In this document: piece by piece, positions 1 through 9,893 of the stretch
Numbering within the stretch: position 1 is the first letter of the stretch
Layout: each line of letters begins with the position of its first letter
From: Nostoc sp. DedSLP01
GTDB lineage: Bacteria > Cyanobacteriota > Cyanobacteriia > Cyanobacteriales > Nostocaceae
Length of the DNA stretch: 64,000 bases
Reading direction: 5' to 3'
Assembly: GCA_034530875.2 (NCBI GenBank)
Contig: JAVRCJ020000013.1
Span: 64,001 to 128,000, forward strand
Notes under the pieces: model-generated
Databases searched by the model: none
Told to the model about the DNA's origin: nothing
What the model saw: only the letters and a program-made list of their open reading frames with translations
Position numbers and translations under genes: made by a program

Positions 1-748
1 TAAAGGCGCACGCTTTCGGGGTATGGGTGAGGATGGACGCTGGGATACATTCGACGATGTGATGGCTGATTTAAGCCAAGCTCAGTTGCAGCAAGCCAAT
101 CTCACTGATGCCAACCTCAGCCGAGTTATGATGAACCGTACTGATTTGAGCCGCGCTACCCTCAACAGAGCTAATTTATCTAGCGCCCGTTTGTATGAGG
201 CTAAGCTCAACAGCACCCAATTAGTGGGCGCCGATTTGCGAAACGCAGTCTTGGAACAAGCCAGTTTAACTGGAGCCGATTTAGGTGACGCTAAGTTGAC
301 TGAAGCCAATCTCTACGCTGCACGTTTAGGTCGCGTCAGTGCTATTGGAACGCAATTATCCTTTGCCAATTTAACTAACACCGATTGGGAAGGGGCAGAT
401 TTATCAGGAGCGTATTTAGATCGGACTAATCTTAGCAATGCAAATCTGAGTGCAACTCGTCTGACTGGTGCTGTTTTGCGTTCTGCTCAGATGGAAAACG
501 TTAACTTGGAAAATGCCGACCTCAGTCTTGCAGATTTACGAGGGGCGAATGTAGCAGGAGCAAACTTTAAAGGCACAATTCTCGCTCCAAGCAAACAAGA
601 TCCAGCGGATCAATTTGTTCAAACTCCAGATCTCGGCTCAGTATCGGCCGTAGTTCAAGGCGTTGATTTTTCTCAAGCCAAAAATTTAGACTCCAAACAA
701 CTAGCGTATATTTGTACACAAGGAGGCATTCATCCCCGTTGCCCGTAG
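1..748 (+). CDS. Pentapeptide-repeat protein, C-terminal part (5'-truncated by window)
   Basis: Long A(D/N)LxX pentapeptide repeats; the frame appears open to the window edge. Confidence 0.9.
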   Translation, partial: KGARFRGMGEDGRWDTFDDVMADLSQAQLQQANLTDANLSRVMMNRTDLSRATLNRANLSSARLYEAKLNSTQLVGADLRNAVLEQASLTGADLGDAKLTEANLYAARLGRVSAIGTQLSFANLTNTDWEGADLSGAYLDRTNLSNANLSATRLTGAVLRSAQMENVNLENADLSLADLRGANVAGANFKGTILAPSKQDPADQFVQTPDLGSVSAVVQGVDFSQAKNLDSKQLAYICTQGGIHPRCP

Positions 749-899
749 AATGGGATGAGGGAGACAAGGAAGGGGACAGGGAGAATAATTCCTAACTCAA
801 CACTCAGCGAAGCGATCGGCACTCACTACTCATCACTCCCAATGCCCCATACCCTATGCCCTATGACAAATACAAAAAAATGGTGTGAGGAATTGGGTC

Positions 900-1379
900 A
901 TGAAATATGTTCCATATTTTGTTTCAGTTTTGGGTGCTGGCTTAATCTCAAGTCTGGCTCAACCAGCCCAAGCTCAAGTAGCGTATGGCAGTTATATTGG
1001 TATCGGCCCTAGCGTTGGTATTACCGATGGCGTGCAAATTGGCGGGGTGATAGCTGGGCGCTACAAGCTTTTGGAAGCGCCAATTTCTCTACGCGCTCAA
1101 GTGTTAATTGGTAATGGTACGGCAATCGTACCAACCGTTTCTTATGATGTACCTCTCAATTGGCAAGCTGATGCATATTTAGGTGCTGGGTTGGTGTTTG
1201 CTGGTGATGATTCTCCTGTAGGCGACAAAATTAGTTTTGCTTTACAGCCCGGAATTGATTACATGATTCCAAACAGCAATACTGTGCTTTTTGGCAACGC
1301 GATCATCGCTTTTGATGCTTATCGTGATAGCGGTGGTACGGCTGTTTCTGTGCAAGGTGGTGTTGGTTTGAGATTTTAA
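900..1379 (+). CDS. Putative small outer-membrane beta-barrel protein
   Basis: Signal peptide ending AQA, SYIGIG motif, amphipathic strands, terminal Phe; start 900 or 885. Confidence 0.7.
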   Translation: MKYVPYFVSVLGAGLISSLAQPAQAQVAYGSYIGIGPSVGITDGVQIGGVIAGRYKLLEAPISLRAQVLIGNGTAIVPTVSYDVPLNWQADAYLGAGLVFAGDDSPVGDKISFALQPGIDYMIPNSNTVLFGNAIIAFDAYRDSGGTAVSVQGGVGLRF

Positions 1380-1512
1380 TCCGACTATGAAGTTAAAGCG
1401 ATCGCTATCTTTTGGACTTTCATCAAAAAGTCAGCAAGAGCGATCGCTTTCTCTAAAGAAGCGTTAAACTTCATTGCAAATTAAGAAGTGAGGCTAAACA
1501 ACATGATAATTT

Positions 1513-1770
1513 TTGATGATGTCTAGAGACAGCACAGGATTAACACAGGAGAACACAGTGGCAATGGAATCAAATTTCTTAACGGATGCAGGCGCAGATG
1601 AGATGAATCAAGATTTCAGTGAATACGTGGCTAACCTGCAACTTCACATGACTCTACAAGCTCGGAATCTTGTTCCACCTCTGAAGCAAACACTGGCAGA
1701 CAGTCGCCAGCAACTACTCCTTCAAACCCAAGCCAACTTTGAAAAGCTAGTTTCTCGACAAGGGTTATAA
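1513..1770 (+). CDS. Hypothetical protein
   Basis: 85-aa ORF; AGGAGA upstream of an alternative GTG start at 1558. Confidence 0.55.
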   Translation: MMMSRDSTGLTQENTVAMESNFLTDAGADEMNQDFSEYVANLQLHMTLQARNLVPPLKQTLADSRQQLLLQTQANFEKLVSRQGL

Positions 1771-1974
1771 ATATATACGTACTTTAATCAAAATTCAAAT
1801 AAAATATAGGCAGATGTTGGTGGGTCAATGCTAATCGTATTCTCACAATATCTGCTTTTACTGCTTTTTTAAGTATTAAGTTACTAAAATCACTCTTTTG
1901 GCTCAATAGTCAGGAGCAGAAAGTAGTTAAGATAATTGCATCAGTTCCCACAAAGAGCAGTTAGTTAAGGCTAA

Positions 1975-3231
1975 ATGGCGGCTGGAATTAAAATGACTTC
2001 ATTACTTCCTCGAAATCTCAGCGTTATTATCCGACCAGTCCAATATCGGGATCTGGATGGGGTTGAGCGCATAACTCAAGAGTCATTCGCAGCCCTTACT
2101 CCCAAGGGAGCAAATTTTGCCATCAGCCAGATGCAATTGTTGCGTCGTTGGTATGGATTACTCAAATTTTTGAGTTGGTTTCCTAACCCGCTACAGTATC
2201 GCCTCTGTGCTTATGTAGCAGAGCAAGGGCGTATGCTTTTAGGGATGATTCAAGTGTCACCTTTTAACCGCACGCGCAGTACTTGGCGGATCGACCGAGT
2301 ACTCCTAGACCGTGGCGTGGATAAACAAGGCATTGGTTCGCAGCTTTTGCGTCATTGCTTTGAATCGATTTTAGAAGCTCGCACTTGGCTGTTGGAAGTT
2401 AATATCAACGATATAGAAGGGCTGGCCTTGTATCGACAAAATGGATTCCAGCGTCTGGCAGAAATGACATACTGGGAAATCGAGCCGGAATCGCTAGTGG
2501 AATTGGCACAAGCAGAGCCAGATTTACCCAACCTCTTGCCAGTGAGCAATGCTGATGCCCAATTGTTATATCAATTAGATACGGCATCGATGCCACCTTT
2601 GGTGCGTCAAGTTTTTGACCGCAATACCCGCGACTTTAAAACCAGCCTGTTCGGTGCTTTAACTGATGCTGTCAAGCAATGGGTAACTAAAACAGAAGTA
2701 GTCAGTGGTTACGTATTTGAACCGCAACGTAAAGCTGCGATCGGCTATTTTCAGGTGCAACTCGATCGCAAGGGCGAAGTTCCTCACGTAGCAACGCTAA
2801 CGGTTCATCCTGCTTACACTTGGCTATATCCAGAATTACTCTCTCAACTGGCTCGCATTGCTCAAGATTTTCCTCAGCAAGGCTTACAACTAGCTTCTTC
2901 AGATTATCAGGCAGAGCGAGAAGAATATTTGGAGCGAATCGGGGCAAAACGTATAGAACATACGCTAATTATGTCTCGCTCTGTGTGGCACAAGTTACGG
3001 GAGTCTAAATTCGTCTCCTTAGAAGGAATTCAGTGGACTGATATGCTACAAGGTCTACAACCAGCTCGTAAACCCATACCAGGCGGTATGTCGTGGGTAC
3101 AACCAGGGCAAGCACCATCGACAGATAGAGCGCAGCCAAGCAAATCAGAACCGATTAATTTTTCTGGAAAAAACAATAACATGGAAGCATCGCCGATTCC
3201 AGAATCAGCAGATGCACAGCAGGAGAATTAG
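1975..3231 (+). CDS. Tandem GNAT-family N-acetyltransferase
   Basis: QGIGSQLL acetyl-CoA motif, LYRQNGF; two GNAT-like halves; precedes ruvX. Confidence 0.85.
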   Translation: MAAGIKMTSLLPRNLSVIIRPVQYRDLDGVERITQESFAALTPKGANFAISQMQLLRRWYGLLKFLSWFPNPLQYRLCAYVAEQGRMLLGMIQVSPFNRTRSTWRIDRVLLDRGVDKQGIGSQLLRHCFESILEARTWLLEVNINDIEGLALYRQNGFQRLAEMTYWEIEPESLVELAQAEPDLPNLLPVSNADAQLLYQLDTASMPPLVRQVFDRNTRDFKTSLFGALTDAVKQWVTKTEVVSGYVFEPQRKAAIGYFQVQLDRKGEVPHVATLTVHPAYTWLYPELLSQLARIAQDFPQQGLQLASSDYQAEREEYLERIGAKRIEHTLIMSRSVWHKLRESKFVSLEGIQWTDMLQGLQPARKPIPGGMSWVQPGQAPSTDRAQPSKSEPINFSGKNNNMEASPIPESADAQQEN

Positions 3232-3232
3232 T

Positions 3233-3703
3233 GTGGTATCCGAACAAGCAAAACCGTTTATTTCAGCTTTGGGGTTAGATTTCGGTCGCAAGCGGATTGG
3301 TGTGGCAGGGTGCGATCGCACGGGTTTGATTGCTACGGGTATCACCACAATTGAGCGTACATCTTTCGAGCAGGATGTCGAGCAAATCCGAGAAATAGTC
3401 AACGAACGCCAGGTGCAAGTCCTGGTTTTCGGTTTACCTTATTCAATGGATGGTTCGCTAGGATTTCAGGCGCATCAAGTCCAAAAGTTTGCCAAAAGAC
3501 TTGCTAAAGCCCTGAATTTACCTGTGGAATATGTAGACGAACGATTAACTTCATTTCAAGCAGAACAACTGCTGATAGCTGAGAATCGCTCCCCGTCACG
3601 CCATAAAGGTTTGATCGACCGTAAGGCAGCGTCTTTGATTTTGCAACAATGGCTCGATACTAAGCGTGCTTCGCGCAGTTCAGTGGTAGCTATTGAGTAT
3701 TGA
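3233..3703 (+). CDS. ruvX: Holliday junction resolvase-like / pre-16S rRNA nuclease YqgF
   Basis: LGLDFGRKRIGVA, DERLTS, IDRKAASLILQ motifs; GTG start behind AGGAG. Confidence 0.92.
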   Translation: MVSEQAKPFISALGLDFGRKRIGVAGCDRTGLIATGITTIERTSFEQDVEQIREIVNERQVQVLVFGLPYSMDGSLGFQAHQVQKFAKRLAKALNLPVEYVDERLTSFQAEQLLIAENRSPSRHKGLIDRKAASLILQQWLDTKRASRSSVVAIEY

Positions 3704-3822
3704 TACGTTTTAACATGATATTCTGAAAACGATTAGCCAGTATTTGTATCTACGTGTAAAGCTATTTGATAGTTGAACGATTTACAAAGTCGCTGGTATT
3801 TATTAAAGTTATAAATTTGGCC

Positions 3823-4395
3823 ATGTTTTCCTCTCCATTTCCTGAAGAAAATGATAACGCTCACGCAGGTTCCATTACATTAACCGATGAAAAAGGGCGA
3901 TCGCTCGATTGTTATATAGAGCATCGCTTAGAGGTAGATGGGCAAGAATATGTTTTACTTCTTCCTGTAGACTCACCTGTAGAAATTTTTTCTTGGCAAG
4001 GTGAAGGCGAGGAAGAAGAAGCAGTTCTTGTAGAAGATGACGCCGTTATCGAACAAATTTTTGCCACTGCTCAAGCTGTACTATCCGAACAAAACTTAAC
4101 GCTGAAAAATACAGCTTACGCTTTGACAGTTGCAGGCGATTTACCGCCAGTTGAAGAATCAGAACTGTTTACTTTAGAAATTGAAGACGACGAAGCAGAT
4201 TTAGAGCCAGAGCAATTACAACTATTGGCTAGCTTCTATGATGAACATCAGGAGTATGCAATATATACACCCCTGGATCCACTTTTGTTTTTTGCACGCA
4301 TAACGAAAACAGGCGAACCTGAATTACTTTCTCCAGAAGAGTTTCGTAAAGTACAACCTCTGTTAGAGGAACATCTTTTTAATGAAGTAGAGTAA
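3823..4395 (+). CDS. DUF3727-family acidic protein
   Basis: Acidic; LLLPVDSP and IYTPLDPLLFFAR; typical ruvX neighbour. Confidence 0.8.
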   Translation: MFSSPFPEENDNAHAGSITLTDEKGRSLDCYIEHRLEVDGQEYVLLLPVDSPVEIFSWQGEGEEEEAVLVEDDAVIEQIFATAQAVLSEQNLTLKNTAYALTVAGDLPPVEESELFTLEIEDDEADLEPEQLQLLASFYDEHQEYAIYTPLDPLLFFARITKTGEPELLSPEEFRKVQPLLEEHLFNEVE

Positions 4396-4636
4396 GATAA
4401 AAAATTCAAAATTAAAAAGTAACATTTTGAATTTTTTAATTGGAATTACCGAAATCTATTCCTATGCTCCATTAAATCTGGGAGCAACGAAACATTATAC
4501 CTACCTGAAAAAAGGGAGTAGGATATATTCGTTATTTGGGGAATTTTATGATTGACTGCCCTGAAAATAGTATATTGGGCATTGGGCAATCCAAAATCTA
4601 AAATCTAAAATCCGCAATTGCTATGAGGTGCTGAAA

Positions 4637-5263
4637 ATGGCTTATAGCGACTTTACATTAAGTAAATTTAAAAAGTCATTCAGCATCCCGATTGATGAAG
4701 AAACTGATTTGTGTGCCAATGTAGAACCTTTACAGCCAAGCGATAAACTTACAAGTACTTTAGAAGAAACTACAGAACTGGCTTTAGCAATCAATACTGA
4801 AAAAGCTCGTTCAGAAATGATTATTACACCAATATTATTGGAGGTAAGACGGAGAGCTAAGGAACCAATTAGTTTATTTTCGGGGATAGATTTTAATGTA
4901 GATGCCCAAAAAGGTCTGAATGGTTACTGTGACTTTATTATCAGTCGTTCTAAAGAGCAACTAACAATTAATGTACCTGTGGTGATTATTATTGAAGCAA
5001 AAAATGAAAATATTAAAAGTGGATTAGGTCAATGTGCGGCGGCAATGTTGGCAGCACAATTGTTTAATCAACAGGAAGGAAATGAAGTTAATAAAATTTT
5101 CGGGGCGGTAACAACGGGGGATATTTGGAAGTTTTTGAAGTTAGAATCAAACGAGATATTTATTGATTTGAATAATTATTACATTAAAGAGATAGATAAG
5201 ATTTTAGGGATTTTATCTCAAAGTGTTCGTGGAGATATTCCAGGATGGAGTTCGACTAAGTAA
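4637..5263 (+). CDS. PD-(D/E)XK-like nuclease-fold protein of a cyanobacterial family
   Basis: MAYSDFTL start, EKARSE, GYCDF...IEAK, GLGQC, GAVTTGDIW. Confidence 0.7.
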   Translation: MAYSDFTLSKFKKSFSIPIDEETDLCANVEPLQPSDKLTSTLEETTELALAINTEKARSEMIITPILLEVRRRAKEPISLFSGIDFNVDAQKGLNGYCDFIISRSKEQLTINVPVVIIIEAKNENIKSGLGQCAAAMLAAQLFNQQEGNEVNKIFGAVTTGDIWKFLKLESNEIFIDLNNYYIKEIDKILGILSQSVRGDIPGWSSTK

Positions 5264-5317
5264 ACTGTATTGGGTTATGCTCGTTTCTCTGGAGCTATTT
5301 ATATTTGCCTGTTGACT

Positions 5318-5857
5318 ATGACCTGGAACAATCTTTTACAGCCTGACTTAATTTTAGAAGGTTCAGTATTAAATCTGACACCAGATATTATCCAACAATA
5401 CGGTCTCAAGGGGCTGGTGTTGGATGTAGATGAAACTTTGGTACCCTTTAGAGTGGGGGTGGCTTCCCCAGAACTACAAAGCTGGGTAGAGGAAATCCGC
5501 GCTTGTACTGCATTGTGGTTGGTGAGCAATAATTTGAGCGAAGCGCGAATTGGTGGAATTGCCCGATCGCTGAATTTACCTTACTATTTGGGTGCAGCTA
5601 AGCCTTCGCGACGCAAAATTAGAGCCGCACTGCAAGCAATGAATTTACCAGTGCATCAAGTCGGAATGGTAGGCGATCGCTTGTTTACCGATGTTTTAGC
5701 AGGTAATCGCTTGGGAATGTTTACCATTTTGGTTGAACCAATTATTCATCCAGACGTCGCCTTGCGTTCTCATCCTGTCCGTAATTTTGAAGTTTGGGTG
5801 TCTGAAATACTAGGTGCCTCTATTACCCCGAAGAAAACGAAAATTCACAAAACTTGA
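5318..5857 (+). CDS. yqeG: YqeG-family HAD IIIA phosphatase
   Basis: DVDETL, VSNN, KP, GDRLFTDVLAGNRLG motifs. Confidence 0.9.
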   Translation: MTWNNLLQPDLILEGSVLNLTPDIIQQYGLKGLVLDVDETLVPFRVGVASPELQSWVEEIRACTALWLVSNNLSEARIGGIARSLNLPYYLGAAKPSRRKIRAALQAMNLPVHQVGMVGDRLFTDVLAGNRLGMFTILVEPIIHPDVALRSHPVRNFEVWVSEILGASITPKKTKIHKT

Positions 5858-6065
5858 GAAATCATCAGGAAAGTAAATCTAAAGAAATGGTTAAAGAATC
5901 TTACTGGAATCCAAAAATCGGGGATCATAAGTATTAATAACATGGAGTCAGCTAAAAAAGACTCTAGCGCATACTAAATAAATATAAACTCGTAAAGCGT
6001 CAGCCCTCACTTATAGAGGAACTGGCGCTTTAAAATTCAATGACTGCTTATTTTCAACTTTTTAG

Positions 6066-7175
6066 ATGTCACTAACGATTGTTGTCAAAATCGGTACTTC
6101 TAGCCTTACCAAACCAGAAACGGGACAATTAGCACTTTCTACCATCGCTACCTTAGCGGAGACGCTCTGTCATTTAAGACGTCAGGGACATCGAGTGATT
6201 TTGGTTTCCTCTGGCGCTGTGGGGGTGGGTTGTGCGCGGTTGGGGTTAACCGAACGTCCCAAAGCGATCGCTCTTAAACAAGCTGTAGCTGCGGTTGGGC
6301 AAGGTAGGTTAATCCGTGTATATGATGATTTATTTAATACTTTACAACAGCCGATCGCTCAAGTATTATTGACTCGCAGTGATTTGGTACAGCGTAGTCG
6401 CTATCTCAATGCCTACAATACTTTTCAAGAACTGCTGGGATTGGGAGTGATTCCCATAGTCAATGAAAATGATACCGTTGCAGTAGAGGAACTAAAATTT
6501 GGCGACAATGACACCCTTTCAGCCTTGGTTGCAAGTTTAGTAGAAGCCGATTGGTTATTTTTACTCACCGATGTCGATCGCCTTTATTCAGCCGATCCGC
6601 GTTCCGTACCAGATGCGCGACCCATCGCTTTAGTTAGTAGTATTAAAGAATTAACCCAATTACAAATACAAACAGGTTCTCAAGGTTCTCAATGGGGTAC
6701 CGGGGGTATGGTAACAAAAATTTCCGCTGCGAGAATTGCGATCGCAGCTGGAGTGCGGACTGTAATTACCCAAGGAAGATTTCCCCAAAATATAGAGAAA
6801 ATTTTACAAGGTGACTCGATCGGCACGCATTTTGAACCGCAGCCGGAACCAACTTCTGCGCGTAAACGTTGGATAGCTTACGGACTTGTACCTGCGGGAA
6901 AATTGTATTTAGATGCAGGTGCGATCGCGGCAATTTCTTTGGCAGGAAAATCGTTATTAGCAGCTGGAATTAAAGCAGTTGATGGAGAGTTTGATACGCA
7001 AGATGCAGTGCAATTATGTGATAGTAACGGTAACGAAATTGCCAGAGGACTTGTGAATTATAACAGCGATGAACTGCAAAAAATTCGCGGGCATCATTCA
7101 CGTGAAATTGCCACAATTTTAGGCTACGCTGGGGCGGAAACTGTGATTCATCGGGATAATTTGGTTTTGACTTAG
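6066..7175 (+). CDS. proB: Glutamate 5-kinase
   Basis: [27 protein letters not shown] motifs and C-terminal PUA domain. Confidence 0.97.
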   Translation: MSLTIVVKIGTSSLTKPETGQLALSTIATLAETLCHLRRQGHRVILVSSGAVGVGCARLGLTERPKAIALKQAVAAVGQGRLIRVYDDLFNTLQQPIAQVLLTRSDLVQRSRYLNAYNTFQELLGLGVIPIVNENDTVAVEELKFGDNDTLSALVASLVEADWLFLLTDVDRLYSADPRSVPDARPIALVSSIKELTQLQIQTGSQGSQWGTGGMVTKISAARIAIAAGVRTVITQGRFPQNIEKILQGDSIGTHFEPQPEPTSARKRWIAYGLVPAGKLYLDAGAIAAISLAGKSLLAAGIKAVDGEFDTQDAVQLCDSNGNEIARGLVNYNSDELQKIRGHHSREIATILGYAGAETVIHRDNLVLT

Positions 7176-7196
7176 GATAGAAATCAGCTAGTACTA

Positions 7197-7301
7197 ATAC
7201 CGTTTCACTTTAAAATTGATACATTTAGGCAAGCTGTTGAAGCAGGGGAGGCAGGGGGAGCAAAAAGAATGATTTGTATCAATAATTTCGTGAAATAGTA
7301 T
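7197..7301. mobile_element. MITE-like element, 105 bp
   Basis: Imperfect terminal inverted repeats ATACCGTTTCAC..TTGATACA and TGTATCAA..GTGAAATAGTAT. Confidence 0.6.
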
Positions 7302-7320
7302 AACTGAGAGAAAAAATCTG

Positions 7321-7431
7321 ATGACTCAAACCTTAGCAAATTCGGTGAACTTACCAGAAGAACAACGCTTCTTCCGGGGTGGATGAAGTTGGGAAAAATT
7401 CCAAGCGATTCAAGCTAGCTTTGAAAATGTC
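7321..7431 (+). pseudogene. N-terminal remnant of a Uma2-like endonuclease gene
   Basis: Reads MTQTLANSVNLPEEQRFFRGG*SWEKFQAIQASFENV with an in-frame TGA, then breaks off. Confidence 0.5.
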
Positions 7432-7447
7432 AGTTTTAAAGCAAATA

Positions 7448-8398
7448 TCAAATTAACATAGAAGCGATCGCCACTGCTCCCCACAACGGTGCATCATCAC
7501 CCAACGCCGCTGGTATAACTTCAAAATCAACTTCCGGTAAAGCCGTCTCCCGCGCCACCTGTCGCACCACCCGCCAAAAATCCTCACCCGCTTTCGTTAC
7601 ACCGCCACCCAACACAAAGCGCTGCGGATTCATTAAATTTGCCACATTCCCGATACCCACACCCAGCGCCCAAGCAGCTTTGTACAAAACTTCTTTAGCC
7701 ACATCATCCCCAGCCACCGCCGCCTCACTTATCAACTGCCCTGTAAGTAAGGTTAAATCATTCCCCACTAAATCCCTCAAAATCTCTCCACTTCTGTGCG
7801 GTTGATTTTCTAAAATTTCCCTAGCATTTTGTGCCATATAAGGCCCTGAAGCCAAACGTTCCACACATCCCCGCTTCCCACACAAACAAACTGGCCCAGC
7901 AGGATCTACAACTATATGTCCAATTTCGCCAGCCATTCCACCTACACCCCGCCAAGGCTGGCCGTTGAGTATCCAACCACCACCGACGCCTGTACTGACA
8001 GTTATATAAAACAAACTATCGTAACCCTGTCCCGCACCAAAGCGATGTTCTCCTAATGCAGCAACATTAGCATCGTTGTCTACACCAACACTGACACCAA
8101 ATTCTTTTTCCAATAAGTCTTTGAGGGGAATATTTTCCCAGCCAGCGACATGATGAGATAGTCGCACTGTCCCCGTGGAAGCATCTACAGGACCGCCAAA
8201 GCTAACACCGATCGCACTCGGTTTTGTATCTTGTAGTAAAGAGTAAATTAGCGATCGCATAATTTCCAAGTCAGTATTAGCATCTGCATTTGCTGGCGAC
8301 AGGCGGCGTTCGTAACGCAACCACTTTCTCGAACCGATATTGACTAATGCTGCTGCTAGTTTAGTTCCGCCAAAATCCAGAGCTAAAATTAATGTCAT
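7448..8398 (-). CDS. ROK-family sugar kinase
   Basis: DFGGTK, NDANVAALGE, AGEIGH, CLCGKRGCVE motifs. Confidence 0.92.
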   Translation of the reverse strand: MTLILALDFGGTKLAAALVNIGSRKWLRYERRLSPANADANTDLEIMRSLIYSLLQDTKPSAIGVSFGGPVDASTGTVRLSHHVAGWENIPLKDLLEKEFGVSVGVDNDANVAALGEHRFGAGQGYDSLFYITVSTGVGGGWILNGQPWRGVGGMAGEIGHIVVDPAGPVCLCGKRGCVERLASGPYMAQNAREILENQPHRSGEILRDLVGNDLTLLTGQLISEAAVAGDDVAKEVLYKAAWALGVGIGNVANLMNPQRFVLGGGVTKAGEDFWRVVRQVARETALPEVDFEVIPAALGDDAPLWGAVAIASMLI

Positions 8399-8509
8399 AG
8401 TTTTTTCTACTTCTTTTGAATTATCACTATATATGGTTTCTTTCTCAAGAAAGATGCCTGCAAGCAAAATAAATTTAACACTAAAGTAAATTAGGTTATT
8501 TATTAAATC

Positions 8510-8728
8510 ATGACTACTGAGAAACCAAATTCATTTATCGATTTCTCTCACGCCAATGAACCTCCTGCCTCTATTGAGAGAGATAAACAAAAAGAGGCGG
8601 TTCCTGTTGAACCAGAAGAAGTTACTGGACAGAGCGAGCAAAATCCTACTCCTGATGATTTGAGTCGTCAAGAAGATCCAAAAATGGGGGATAGTCAAAT
8701 AATTAGTGCCAATATTTCAGCTGGATAA
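8510..8728 (+). CDS. Small acidic hypothetical protein
   Basis: 72-aa ORF filling the intergenic gap. Confidence 0.6.
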   Translation: MTTEKPNSFIDFSHANEPPASIERDKQKEAVPVEPEEVTGQSEQNPTPDDLSRQEDPKMGDSQIISANISAG

Positions 8729-8745
8729 ATAATAGTCTTACTAAT

Positions 8746-9504
8746 TTACTCAGATTTTTTTAAGTCAAGTACTTCATCAATAAACTGTTGCAATCGTTCG
8801 TAATGCGAACCTTTCCAATAAACGCGATCGCAAGTTGGGCAGCGTTGGAATTTATCAATCTGCGATCGCACATTTTCTGGTATTTGTTCGATAATCAATT
8901 CCTTCTCTACAGATTCTAATAATCCATTGCAGCGCAAACACCTTTTAAAGGGGGAAACTAATTTAAATAAATCGAAGCGTTGCAGTATTTCTAAAATTTG
9001 TTTGTCAGGGTTAGTATTTCTCACATAATATCCATGCGTTACTAAACTACGCATCAACAAACCCCGATCGCGAGTTAAGAGAATTCGCGCTTGATTGGCA
9101 GATATCTTTGCTAATTCCTCATCTTCGTAATCATTACGATATAAGGTATCAAAGCCTAAAAGTCGTAGAGATGTTGCTAGTTTACCTAAATGAATATCTA
9201 AAACAAAGCGAATAATATTGAGGGGTTTCGGTGAGACAGAAAGACTTGGTGTAATATCACTCCTACTAGAAATTGGATAAACATTGATAATATCCTCGTC
9301 CATAACAATGTAAGAAAAATCTACATATTTATCGTTAACTTTGATAAAATCAATTTCTGTATGAGGAACGCCCAATGACTCGATTGTGTCCTTAATTGAG
9401 GCTCTTTCTTCAAAAGAATGAGAAATTCTTACTTGCTTTTGATGCCGTGGTAAAAAATGATTCAATTCTGCGTGAAAATATAAGTATGCGATCGCCATAG
9501 TCAC
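8746..9504 (-). CDS. Mut7-C ubiquitin/RNase (PIN-fold) domain protein
   Basis: KDTIESLGVPHTEI ubiquitin-like part, DIHLGKLA..LRLLGFD, CxxC..CxxC, YWKGSHY. Confidence 0.9.
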   Translation of the reverse strand: MTMAIAYLYFHAELNHFLPRHQKQVRISHSFEERASIKDTIESLGVPHTEIDFIKVNDKYVDFSYIVMDEDIINVYPISSRSDITPSLSVSPKPLNIIRFVLDIHLGKLATSLRLLGFDTLYRNDYEDEELAKISANQARILLTRDRGLLMRSLVTHGYYVRNTNPDKQILEILQRFDLFKLVSPFKRCLRCNGLLESVEKELIIEQIPENVRSQIDKFQRCPTCDRVYWKGSHYERLQQFIDEVLDLKKSE

Positions 9505-9789
9505 AAGTCTTGCAATTAGTCAGACAATGCAATGATTCGAGATTGCCCCCACGGATAAATCCGCTTGCTCTGCATCATCAAGAAATCATACCAAATCCGC
9601 TTTTCAAATCCCCGAAAAAGTCTATTTTATAATCAGAAGGCAAAAACTGCCTCAAATAAGTGGTTGAACAACCAGGCTAAAAATAGAAAGGGCGCGTCAA
9701 ATATTGCGTTGGCAAAGCCTACTATTCGCACCGCGTCTCGTAAATAAAGTATCGCCCTGATTAGTGTTTATACAATGGTGCTATCACCT

Positions 9790-9867
9790 CTATTGTGTTG
9801 AGGTATCAAGTTTAGCAAGTTTAGCTAATATTCTTAAGCCTTCTTCTGGGTTACCAGTCGCAGACAT
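9790..9867 (-). pseudogene. C-terminal remnant resembling a small HicB-like/RHH antitoxin
   Basis: MSATGNPEEGLRILAKLAKLD resembles the tail of antitoxins that partner PIN toxins (recognised from memory). Confidence 0.35.
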
Positions 9868-9893
9868 GGTAGCATATACGCTGTCATGAAGTC

